A DNA stretch of 64,000 nucleotides, taken from positions 63,843,905 through 63,907,904 of the forward strand of contig NC_057718.1 in the NCBI RefSeq assembly GCF_004010195.1, read 5' to 3'. Positions 1 to 11,909 of the stretch are shown here, in pieces. Made by a program: the position numbers and the translations under genes. The stretch is from Chiloscyllium plagiosum (Eukaryota). Below the pieces are notes generated by a model. The model worked only from the letters and a program-made list of their open reading frames with translations, was not told the origin of the DNA and did no database searches. The first letter of the stretch is position 1, and the number at the start of each line of letters is the position of its first letter.

Positions 1-825
1 AGGTTTGTTTTCAGTTGTTTCGTCACCATACTAGGTAACATCATCAGTGAGAGTCTCCCGAATAGCACTGATGGTATGTCCCGCCTCTCTATTTATAGGT
101 CTTGGTTTCTTAAGGTGGGTAATGTCATTTCAGGTTCTTTTTCTCAACAGAAGGTAGATAGGGTCTAAGTCGATATGTTTATTGATGGAGTTCTGGTTAG
201 AATGCCATGCCTCTAAGAATTACCACATTACCTTACATCAAAGACATATCATAAATAATTTCCAGACCCCTTGGAATCATGGTAGCCCACAAACTTACCA
301 ACACACTTAAACAGTGACTAATGAACCTAAAGGATCCATTAGATATCACCAGCAAAACTAATACCATTTACAAGATACTATACAAGGACCGTAAAAACCA
401 CTAAATCGGACAAACTAGCAGGAAACTTGCACCAGGATACATGAACACAAACTGGCCACCAAAAGACACGACCCACTATCACTAGTTCCTATACATACAG
501 ACAAATAAGGACACCACTTTGACTGGGACAACACACATATCCTAGGACAGGTGAAACAAAGGCACGCACAAGAATTCTGAGAGGCATGACATTCTAACCC
601 GAGCTCCATCAATAAACACATCAGTGTAGACCCTACCTACCTTCCCTCGAAAAAGAAAAGACCTGGAAATGACATTACCCACCTTAAGAAACCAAGACCT
701 ATAAACAGGGAGGCAAGACATACCATCAGCACTTCACCAGAAACTCTCACTGATGATGGTACCTAGTATGGTGGTGAAACATCTGAAAACAAACCTTCAA
801 GCTCAGCGGGCTAACTTACATACTT
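1..825 (+). mobile_element. Penelope-like element 3' part (degenerate GIY-YIG endonuclease + pLTR) preceded by an inverted copy of its own 3' end
   Basis: 221-640 reads, through stops and frameshifts, as LPYIKDIS...TIYKI...IGQTSRKL...IHEHKLATKRHDPLSLV..HTDK.GHHFDWDNTHILGQ.KQRHA.EF.EA.HSN.SSINKH. 1-220 is a diverged reverse complement of 574-796. Confidence 0.85.
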
Positions 826-1479
826 AGCACACTCAACGGCAGAATATTGAAAGTTGAATCTATCCTACTTGCCCATGGGATCAATATAACTGCTTCAGTC
901 TTGTGATATTCTGGGGTTACCTTGTCCTGATCAAATTTCTTTTCTCCTGGGCATCTGCTCATCACTATCTGTAAAATAAAGACTAGAATCGAGTTTGAAT
1001 ATTTTGAAGATTTTGACTATGATCCTCCTTATTGTGGCACAAGAATGATGAGAGTAATTGAATGTGTAATCTCCTGATCACTATGACAAAAGGCTTGTCT
1101 TGTACTCTTGCTTCCTGATGACTACAATGCCTTTGATGTTTTATTGGCTTTTATTGAAATATTGTCATAGTTGCTGGAACACCAAGGAAGGTGATCAGCT
1201 CACCTCCCCATCCAGCAGTGGCCATTCTGTTTTCACAATTACTCCATCAGGAATCTTAGTTTCCGCAGAATGAAAATCCCAACTTCCATGACACTTTCTC
1301 CTAGATTCGTGGAGCCAGGAATTCAGTGAAAATTCAGGCTTATGTTTGATATATTTATTTGAGTTATTCAAAGGAGTAATAAGAAAGGTGTCAACGGGGA
1401 ACTATATTTGTCATCTACTCAGCTTTCCTGAAGGCATTTGCCATGGTGCTACATCAAACGATTACTACACAGAATAATA

Positions 1480-2810
1480 ACGTTGTAAGTAACGTATGGA
1501 TCAAGATTTGGCTAGCAAACAGGAAGAAGAGGCTGGAGATAAACAATCATTTTTGAGTTGTATATTTGTTTTTAGTGATCAGAACTCAGCGCTCAGGCCT
1601 TGACTATTTACAATCGAAATATATGACATAAATGAAGGGGCCAAATTTGTGGTTGCTAAAATCACTTATGACAGAAAATAGGGTAGGCAAAAATGTGAAG
1701 CTGTCCACCTTGGCAGGAAAAATAAATATGTGGTATATTACTTAAATGAATAGATACTGCAGAACTGTGTGCAATAAAGGGATTTGGATGTAAAGTCATT
1801 GAGGCATAGACTATTATAGCACAAAAATAGGCCCTTCAGCCCATCATATCTGCTCTGGTCATCAAGCATCTATATACTCTAGTCCCATTTCCCAGCACTG
1901 GTACATCACCTTGTCTGCTATATCATTTTGTGTGTTGATCTAAATACTTAAATGTTGTAATAGTTCCCACCTTTACCACCCTTTCAGGCAGTGAGTTACA
2001 CATACTCATCAGCTCTCCTTAAATCCCCCCTAAAACTCCTGAGACTTTCCTTATATCTATGGCTCCTGTTAATTGACTCCTCTACTAAGCAGAAATGTTT
2101 ATTCCTATCAACCCTATATCTATGCCCCTCAAAATTTTGCAGCCATCAATCAGTCTTCCCTGCTCCAAGGAAAACAATCCTAGCTTATATAATTTATATC
2201 TTTGGTACACGAATCATACAGCATTAGTGAGCAGATATGACAAGTGATAAGGAAAGCATAGGATTATTGGTGTTTACTGCAAGGGAATGGAGTACCGAAG
2301 TAGGAAGGTGTTACTACAATTGTACAGGACCTTTGTGAGACTGCATCAGTATATTGCGAGGGTTTGGTCTCTCTATCTAAGATAGAGCGAACAGATTCAT
2401 TCTTCTGATTGCTGGGACGAAGGTGTTAGACAAGGAAGAAATGTTGAGCAAGTTGATCTTACGTGCATTGGAATTTAGAAATGATCTTATTGAAACATAC
2501 AAGATTTTCAGGAGCCTTGGCAAGGTGTTTCCCTTTCTGGGGGAATCTTGGTCTAGGAGATACCATTTAAAATCGAGATGAAGAGAAGGAAGATTGCTAG
2601 TCTGTGTAATTCTCTTTCCCAAAAAGTGGTGGAAACTGGGTCAGTGAAAATATTCAAGGTTGATTTGAATAGATTTTTGATTGACAAAAGAGTCAGACAT
2701 GAAAGTGGAGCTGATGCCATAATCAGATCATCCATGAACCTATCAAATGGTAAAGCAGACTTCAAGGGCTGAATGGACTGTGCTTGCTCTTCATCCTGGT
2801 GTTCTTGCAC
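1480..2810 (+). mobile_element. Degenerate CR1 LINE RT/3' end, interrupted by an opposite-strand CR1 3' fragment
   Basis: CR1-type remnants (KCEAVHLGRKN, NSLSQKVVE, FKVDLNRFL) on both sides of 1795-2190. Confidence 0.7.
1795..2190 (-). mobile_element. CR1/HER1-like LINE 3' end fragment
   Basis: Resembles the reverse-complement 3' UTR/tail of the other CR1 copies here (atagcacaaaaataggcccttcagccc...; cf. 23661, 33615). Confidence 0.7.
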
Positions 2811-3509
2811 TGTTTTACATTTTCCCATCTATTGTATCAGATCACTTCCTGAATCATTCAAAGTAGCTTGACATTATTTATCTGCAACATTATCTGCTTT
2901 CTTTCCATAATTTCTTTAAAGTGAATTATGCTGTGGTCAATATTAGCTGGATGATTTCATACTGTTTCACATTCCACTTACACTAATTCATTTCCCAGAA
3001 CCAGAGCTGACACTGCTTCCTTCTTTGTTCGAGAGACAGTTGTTAGAGAACAGAGACATTTGGATCAAGGGAATTTTTCTTTGTACATATCAGAAATATC
3101 TTCCCTATCCTTAACACTTTGCTATTTCAGTCATTGTGATAAGCAAAGCCTCCTAATGTTTGTTACATTTCTCCATTTTTGTTACATCCCTTTGAAACTT
3201 GAAAATCCCCATCAAATTTCCTCATCCAACTCTCTCCCACTGTTTGGAACTTTATAAAAAAACTTCTTATAACATAACAGCTCCTTCTTTGCTCCTCAAC
3301 TCAGAATAGTTCAATCCCAGAATCATTGGTGTGACATTATTCTTAATCAACCCATCTGAAATTTGTTTTTGGTCTCTGATAAAATTGATGATATTGGTAT
3401 TTGGAATTCTAATTCACTAGGTCTGGGAAAGAAAATAAACATCAGCCAGGCTCCTTCTTCAGATTGTTATCAGTTGAAAACAGAATCATATTAAATAGCG
3501 CACACAGGT

Positions 3510-3897
3510 TGCGATGGTGGCATAGTGGTAATATCAGTAGGCCACTAACCCAGAGGCCCAGGCTACAGCCCTGAGGATGTGGGTTCACACTACCACAAAA
3601 GCAGCTGGTGGAATTGAAATTCAGTAAAGAAAATCTGGAATTGAAAGCTAGTGATGGTGACCATGACAACTATTATGGATTGTCATTAAAACCCATCTGG
3701 TTCATTGATGCTCTTTAGGGAAAGAAATCTGCCATCCTTACCTGGTCTGGCCTATATGTGACTCTATACCCATAACAATGTAACTGATTTTTAACTGCCC
3801 TCTGAAATGGCCGAGCAACCACTTGGGGCAGCCCAAAGGGGCTGTTACAGATAGGCAACTAATTCTGGTCTTTCCAGTGAGGTCCCATGAACAAATA
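3510..3897 (+). mobile_element. tRNA-derived SINE with a LINE-like 3' tail
   Basis: A-box-like GGTGGCATAGTGG and B-box-like GGGTTCACAC; body (aaacccatctggttca...gggaaagaaatctgccatccttacctggtctggcctatatgtgact) shared with 29350-29708. Confidence 0.75.
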
Positions 3898-4774
3898 TAG
3901 AATAGTCAATCTACCTTCTAGCAGTCATTGCGTCAGTTTGGATGAGAAAATAGTGATGCCTCTGGACCATCTCTGAACAAATGCCAAAGCTTTCATGAGA
4001 TGCTGATTAAAAAAAATTGTTATAAGGAAAATACAAACTCTGGCAGCTACTCTTGATTTTTGCCTCTGCAATAATAGCAAGATGGGTCCGAGGTATAAAA
4101 TGTCATGCACTGCCTGTATGGATTTGAGTACTAACTGCATCAAAGTGCCAGTCCGTTTTGATAAGACTGTGCAGCAAAAGCCTTTGTTTCTCTGCAGCAT
4201 CATAGCTACTGTTTTAACTGGCACCAATCCAAAGCTTTTGTGACGCACAATCTGAGGCTGATGCAATGATCAGCTGCAAGAAAGCAGGGTGAATATAATA
4301 ACACTATTCTCTGTGGCCAGACTTGCTGAGCATGGAAACTTAAAAAAAATTGAAATATAAAAGAAGGAAGCTGATTGCTCCCAAGGCTGTGAAATAGAAA
4401 CCCTATTAAGCAAGTCTGTGACCTTGGCATAATCCCTTTTGAGAATATTTTACAACTGAGAATTTGAATTTGAATTTACAAGGAATAATGACGCATAACT
4501 GAATGATAAATTAGAATGGAGCTTGAAGAATTTTTCTGACCTAGCAATTGGTTCCCACGACTCGCAGTATGGAACCTTGTATCAGAACTCAGAATGATAT
4601 TCCAAGCCTTGTGAAGTGCCCTGCCCAGTTATTAATTTGAATGCATACAGAGTTTTAAAAAGCTATCTATTTTTGTATGAATGCAAAACACAGTAGTAAA
4701 ATGCCACTATTGAGATGAATTGCCCCTGGCAACATCAGAATTCCAATCATCATGAAAGTATTTACATGCAACGT

Positions 4775-4965
4775 AAAGATAAAGTCACCATAATCCTATT
4801 GGACCAAAGGGCTGCTCTCTTATTCGAGAGGAATAACTGGTGGTGATTTCGCCTGAGGGTCACCATACCTTGGGTGAAGGGAAAGGTTGAGAAGGAGAGT
4901 ACTTTAATCTCAGCCAGTGTGAGTGTTACTCTGCATTGCGAACCAACCATCCGAGCTAACCAACC
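4775..4965 (-). mobile_element. Probable tRNA-derived SINE
   Basis: Minus strand starts GGTTAGCTCGG (tRNA-like head); family recognised from memory of elasmobranch repeats. Confidence 0.5.
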
Positions 4966-5345
4966 TACTTTATACAGCCAGTTTAGCAATTACCCCATTT
5001 CAACCCTCTTGCAACCCCTTAACATGGCAATCTGACACCAAGCAAAGCACTTTTGCTCCCTGGAACTGAAATTCAGCCTCTCCTATCAAATGCAGGCAAT
5101 GCTGATTGCTACTTTACCTGGAAAGAACAGACAGGAAGGAAGTTATACTTTGTTTAATATTATTTTTATTTCTAGCTTTTTATGTCTGAGATAGATTGGA
5201 ATTTTGACCATGATATCTTAATGGAAAACATTTATGTGTAAGTACCATGGCATCCATTATGACCTAATTACATCACAGGTAACACTAGGTCAAAATGGGC
5301 ACATAAAATTCAGTGATGACATAAATCTCTTTAATCACTTTCTAG

Positions 5346-5409
5346 GCTTCCATTCAGCAGGCACTAGAAAAAGCAACTGCAAAGGAAAAAGAGCATTTGA
5401 GGTTGCAAG
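5346..5409 (+). other. Candidate 64-nt exon of an unidentified host transcript
   Basis: Acceptor tttaatcactttctAG and donor AAG|GTGAGT; open as ASIQQALEKATAKEKEHLRLQ; non-repetitive context. Confidence 0.45.
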
Positions 5410-8399
5410 GTGAGTCAGGCATCTTTGTCTGGGCCAGCTGGGGAATCAAACAAAGGATTGTAGCCTATTACCTTTCATAGATCAACTATGCCCCAAGATA
5501 TTATCTACCAGTGTTCCTCATCCCCAGTCTCTAAAACATGACCCTCACACTCGCTCACGAGGATTTTCCCAACCTGTCTCTGAAGAAAATGGCTGGGCTT
5601 TCTTCTGTCCAGTATGCATGTTCCCTTCTTCTCTCCATGGCACTACTTAATCCTGGTGCGTCAAAAGCTGCCAGTCACTCAAACTTCCTGGTAGTGCTTG
5701 AGGCCAGGACTTCCTGTCCCTTACAGGGGGTAGTTCCAGTTCCAAAGAAGAGTTGTTGAACTCAAAACATTAACTCTATTCTCCATCCACAGATGCTGCC
5801 AGACTTGTTAATTTTTTCCAGCACTTTCAATTTATTTTTCAAAAGTTCCACTCTCACCTTGTTATAGTTGACCCTCATGTATTATCATTATGGGAAAGCC
5901 TTTTTTAAAGTCAGTAGGTTGAAGATTGACTTTTATATTGGATGGATGAGTATTATGCACCCCACATAAAACCCACGCCAGTAACTCTCTTCCTGTTTCT
6001 ATGAAACATCACCAGAACAGCTGAGCATTTGTAACAGTTCTAGTTTTTACTTCAGATTTCCAACATTTGCAGTGTTAAGTTGATGCATATAATGTTCAAG
6101 TTTAGCCCAACACTGGTATCAATTGGTAGGTGCACCATAATATGAAAATCGATAATGAACTTCAAAATGCCCACTACATCAAAACAATTCTTAAAAGAAA
6201 CTACTAACATGGCAAACACAGCAACAAATTTTCATCTGCAAATTTTCTTGTTCATTTTTGTCTAATTATAAATTGCATCATAAATCACATTTAATCCTAA
6301 ACTCATAGGCTTTTAAGTTGAGAGGTTTAGGTAAAAAGTTGAAAACATAAGCATTGCCAAAGTTAAAAGTTGAAAGAAGGACCATCAAGTTTGTGTTTTT
6401 TAGATTGCATAATTGAGAATGGATAGATTGAAGAAACTTGGCAGAACTCCAGTTATAAAGCCTTGGGTAAGAAATCATGATTTCTTTTTGGAGATGATGT
6501 GGAAAGCAAATGCAATATAGAATATATTTGCACTTTGAAATGATCAAAACAGGTAGGTTCAGATGAGCACAGCCAACGTTAATTTTAAGAAGATAGACAA
6601 GAAACAAGACGTATGAACGAGTTAATATGAGGATAGAAATGAAAAAAAGGATTATCAATCTGAGGCAATATGCCTTGTCCATTTATTTATTCTAATCTGC
6701 TGGAAATCATAATAGACGGAATTGCTGATATCACTATAATTCATAAGGCTTTAATTAATGCATTCAAGTTCTTTCAACTACTATTGCACAACCTTTGTTC
6801 TAGTGAGGCTGCCTTGAATATTTTAAGAATTACTATATTGATAAAAGGAAAGCTTACATCTTGATACTCAAAGACATCTATAAATTGCTAATACTTCACT
6901 CTTAAAACTTATTTGATTCCTTGGTAAATTAGTGTTTAACTACTTATAATCAACAATCTTTAATTTTATATGCAATTGCCATACAATTAGCATAAAACCT
7001 GCTGCAATTACATTGAAATACACTGAATTAAGCAAGATTTCAATCTTAAATGGAAGTGAACTCAATATTTTGTAATCTTTAGGCTGCACAGCCTAGAAAA
7101 AGAAGCTTGTAGGAATGTTGAGGCTTAAACATGGCTAAATGGCATATTCTCAATTAAAGAATTTAGAGATCTTCATAGAACCATAGAATACCATCTCTAC
7201 AGGAGGAAGTCATTTGATCCATCAAGTCTATCAATCGGTAGAACCATCCAATTAAATCCACCTTTCTGCTTTTTGCACAAAACCTTTAAGAATGTAATCA
7301 ATTCTCTTTGAAGATTACAATTGAATCTGCTTTGATCACACTTCCGGGCATTGTACTCCAGATCACTACAACACGCTTTATAAAACAACATTCTCTCATG
7401 TGGCTCTGGCCCTTTTCTCAAACAACTCAGAGCTATTGGCTAATTGTAAGATGGCAGTGCCACTACAAGGGCTGGACATTGTCAGAATGCAGTGAGACTT
7501 GCAGGAAGATGAGAGGTGCTGGAATTGGACCACAAGGTAAATACAGGGGCCTTGTTGGGTCCAGTTAGGTAGGTACCAGTGAGGTGGTTTAGGGGGATGG
7601 GCTGTAAGGCCAGGAAGGGAAGAAAACCTTGATTTTATGGGAAGAAGGATCCCTCTGCCTACTACCATTCCATGCAGACCAGGCTGCCATGCTGATTTCT
7701 TGGACCTCTCTCACCACTGCTTATAGCTGAGCTGAGGTAGGATAAGGCCTTTAAGTGGGGATTAACTAAGAGCCTCAATTTGCCCATGAACAGGTGGACA
7801 ACCAAATGTTTTCCTGTATTCCTCAGCCAGTAAAACTACAGTGCAGGCAAGATTGGACAGGTCGGCTCCAGACATGACATTGATTAATTTTGTAGTAGAC
7901 CCCGTTTTCAAACCTTCTAGCAAGGAAGCCTCAAATCAAGCTTTTCTTGTGTGGAATTGAGCTCAATAATCCAGATGAGGCCTAACAATTAATTTATTAA
8001 GATTTAATAGTAGCGGCAAGTAACAGTTTGCAGTTAGATAATATTTTTACTGCAACAAAATGTCTCAATGCTGACTTACAGGAACATTATGGGACAGTAT
8101 TTGACATTGAGCCACACCATGCCAGATGACCAAAATTTTAAGGATTGTTTTTAAAAAGACACTAAAGAGGTGGAGAGGTTTAAGTAGGAAAATGCAAATC
8201 ATGGGGCCTAGGTAATTGAATGCATGCCCACCAATAGTGGAACAATTAAAATGCAGCACAGAGACATAGAAAATAGGTGCAGGAGTAGGCCTTGTTTGGC
8301 CTCACCTTTTCCTCTTTGTAAGTTCCTCCAGTTCTTCAACCTTCATGGTCTCTGTCCTCCATCAATGCTGACTTGTTCACCAATTTCAACTCCTTATCC

Positions 8400-8912
8400 G
8401 AGGATTCAGTGCAACAAAAGTTTACCAGACTGATTCCTGGAATGGCAGGACTGACGTGCAAACAGAGGCCGGATCAGTTGGGAATATATACAGGAGCTTA
8501 GAAGAATGGGAGTGGGGGGGGGGGGGGGGGCAGAATCTCACAGAAACTTAGAAAATTCAAACACGACTAGACATGGTAAACACAGGGAGGATGTTCTCAA
8601 ATACTCGGGAACTCAGAACTGGGGCCATAGTTTAAGGATACAGGGTAGGCCAATTAGGACAGAAATGAGGAGAAATTTCTTCACCTAGTGAGAGGTAAGG
8701 CTGTGGAATTCTCTGCCACAGAAAGTAATCGATACCAAAGCATTGAATGTTTTCAAGAAAGAGTTAGTTATAGTTCTTCGGGTTAAAGAGATCAAAGAGA
8801 GAAAGCTGGAAAGTGGTACTGAGTTGAATGATTAGCCATGAACATATTGAATGGCGGAGCAGGTTTGAAGGGTGAAATGGCCAATCCTATTCCTGTTTTC
8901 TATAGTTCTATG
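8400..8912 (+). mobile_element. CR1 LINE 3' end
   Basis: GHSLRIQGRPIRTEMRRNFFT motif and CR1-like 3' UTR ending ttctatagttctatg. Confidence 0.8.
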
Positions 8913-9522
8913 ATCAAGTTTCCATGTGGATTAGACACCAGACAAGTGACATTTTATCCAAAAGTAAGGAAGTGGATCAATCCCTCCTGCAAAATGGCGT
9001 TCATCTCCTATACTTTACACCTTAATGGGAATGACTGCATGTTGGAGACGAAAACCTCAAGCTTCAAGTCAATAAACTGAGAGATAAGCTTGTATTTCAA
9101 AAGCTGCTTTTTATAGTGAGTTAGAAGAAATTAACGATACAGAATCAAAAGCTTGGGGGAGCTCTATCTCTCTCACTGCATCTTAAGAAGAGAAAACACT
9201 TGGTGAAAATATGGATTAAAAAGGGACAACAGAACATGAGGACCTGAAAGGATAACTGTAACATTTATTCCTGCTGATGAGTCCAAGACATTGACAAAAC
9301 AATTTTGTCACAGGTTAAACAGTTAGGCCTCAATGACACCCGAAGAACTTTACGCTATACTATTCCTTTGCTGTCCCTTTTAGAATTGGACAATATCCTT
9401 TTTAACTTTGCTCATGTGTGTATATATGTATATTTAACATTTCATCTTTATTGTTTCTCTTGGGATTTTCTCTCAAGAAAATCTTGTGATTGACTCCTTA
9501 CTGCTACAGTTAGAAATTAGTT

Positions 9523-9757
9523 GAGAATGTGTTGCTGGAAAAGCACAGCAGGTCAGGCAGCATCCGAGGAGCAGGAAAATTGATGTTTTGGGCCAGAGCC
9601 CTACATCAGGAATGAGGCTGGGAGCCTCATTTTTGATGAAGGGCTTCAGCCCGAAGTGTCGGTTCTCCTGCTCCTCGGATGCTGCCTGACCTGCTATGCT
9701 TTTCCAGCAACATACTCTCAACTCTGATCTCCAGCATCTGCAGACCTCACTGTCTCC
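9523..9757. mobile_element. Fold-back Penelope pLTR insertion (two inverted arms) with 17-bp TSD
   Basis: acagttagaaattagtt at 9506-9522 and 9758-9774; arms are reverse complements centred on aatgaggctgggagcctcatt (~9611-9631). Confidence 0.85.
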
Positions 9758-11315
9758 ACAGTTAGAAATTAGTTAGCTGCACTTTAGTTGCAGGAATATA
9801 TAGCCTTCACAATTTTATAAACATTAATTAATCACCCCTCAGGCTCCTCTTTTCAGAAGAAGAAAAGAATTAAAACTTTGCTGCTGCACACTGTGGAAGT
9901 TGAAAAGAGGGGTGCCAGTTTAAACTCCTCACTAAGTCATAACACAGTGGCCTGACTGCATTGCAGGCCTCCAAGAACAATGTGACCACTTCAAGTACAT
10001 ACATAACTGGAAGGTCCTTGTTTAGGATCTACACGTGATGCATCACTATAATTATCAAAACGTTGCTTATGTTACCAGAGCCCTGGGAGTCTATCTTCAT
10101 CCTTCAAGCTAAACATTCCACTTCACTGAATCCTCCCATTTACATGTCATGTAAAAGGCACAAGCATTCAAGAAACCAAAGGCACATTGGCCTGGAATTT
10201 TTGCTGCTATCCCATCCTAAGTTGAATGGAACACAACAGAATTAACCAGGCAAATCAAGCAGAAAATCCTGTTACCACCTTCCTGCCCCAGACTTGGTTT
10301 TTGTCTCCACATTGATGCAAAGATGTGGCTTCTTGGTCTTTTTCCTGCATATCAGCACCGGGACAGAGAGGGCCTCGAAGCCACAAGATCTAATTCCACG
10401 TGAGTAAAAGGGATTGCTCAATCCCTCAAGGAAATTAATGAGGCTTAATGGTGGAGCCAAGATAAGTGGCTAAGTGTCATGGCAAGGACTTTCCAGCGCT
10501 TTCATTCACTCCTCCATGCTGCCTTCCCCTCCCACCCCCCCCACCCCACCCGCCTCTCCCACCATCACTCCACATCATCCACTGCCATTTGTGGGAAATC
10601 CTAAAGGACTAACGGACTGAGCACGGAAAAGCTGATGACCAATGAGAAAGATGCCTTTGACATCTTGGATGATGCTGGATTCAAAAGATACACAAACTTA
10701 AGAACAAGTAGCATGAGCCTGATGCACCACTGTAACCTCTAATCCACCTTTCCGCCCAGCCTCCATCAGCTTTCATCCTCTTGCTTACCATGAATATGTC
10801 AAACTCTGCCTTAAAAATATACAAAGACTCTGCTTCCATCACTTTTTCAGGAAGAGAGTCAAAAGAGATAGATTGTTTGGAACAGAAGTGACAATAGTTC
10901 TGTTTTCCATCCTTCTTCACCTACCTCTGTGAAAGTAACTGTCTATTCCCTTCTCCTTCATTTGTTTCTGTGCTTCTCTTTTAAATGTGTCTATACTATA
11001 AACTTCAACTACTACATTCTCAACACTTCTTCTGAATTCTCAATTTAATTTGTTGCTGACAATCCATTATTAATGGTCTTTGGTTTCTCTCAAGCTCACA
11101 AGAAGAAATGGTGTCTCTGTATCTTCTCGCCAAAACCTTTCACAATTTCAAAAACCTTAATCAGTCACCCATCAGCCTTCTCTTTTCAAGAGAAAAAGAG
11201 AGTGAATTGTTCATCTTTCCCGCACAGATACAATATTGTAAGGCTGTACTCTCTCCAAGACCTCTACAATTCTTTCACATTATAGTGAACTGGACCTGGT
11301 CTGGATTCCCATCAC

Positions 11316-11673
11316 GGAGGAGAAAGTGAGGACTGCAGATGCTGGAGATCAGAGCTTAAAAATGTGTTGCTGGAAAAGCGCAGCAGGTCAGACAGCATCC
11401 AAGGAGAAGGAGAATCGCTGTTTCGGGCATAAGCCCTTCTTCAGGAACCCTTCTGTGTGTCTGCTGTTTCATTTATTACCACAGTAGTTAGAGGAATGTG
11501 CTGGTAATCAAGACTCACTTCTCCATGAGTTGCACCAACCAACAAAACGGTTGTCCTTTCAGCATTGCTGTCTAAAATGATTCCTGAAGAAGGACTTATT
11601 CCCAAAACGTCAATTCTCCTGCTCCTTGGATGCTGCCTGACCTGCTGCGCTTTTCCAGCAACACATTTTTAAG
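11316..11673. mobile_element. Fold-back Penelope pLTR insertion with 15-bp TSD and a captured host-DNA spacer
   Basis: TSD ctggattcccatcac at 11301-11315 and 11674-11688; inverted arms 11316-11447 and 11581-11673; spacer matches 12081-12214. Confidence 0.9.
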
Positions 11674-11888
11674 CTGGATTCCCATCACTAAATAGAAAGG
11701 TTTGATGAGATGATCATTTTCTTAGATGTCCATTCTATTTTGCATTTTGTCACAGTTTAATATTAAAAATAGTAACAGTTCAATAATAATAAGTAAATTC
11801 AGCACCCTTTACAGATTCAGCAGCAGAGCGAAGGGGATATGACAATGAAATAAATCACCGTTTAAATTTTATTTGTCTTTTCTTTTAG

Positions 11889-11909
11889 AGTTCCAGTAGG
11901 TTTCAAAAT
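11889..11909 (+). other. Candidate 21-nt microexon
   Basis: Polypyrimidine acceptor ttttatttgtcttttcttttAG with ~50 nt AG-free zone, followed by donor GTAAGT. Confidence 0.45.

Noticed and set aside
4196..4290. AG/GT-bounded segment as a coding exon
   Set aside because: Stops in all three frames
7440..7945. GC-richer segments with aggcc/ttaa/caatt motifs (also ~10190-10600 and ~24840-25240)
   Set aside because: Probably remnants of one non-autonomous repeat family, but too decayed to define ends or class
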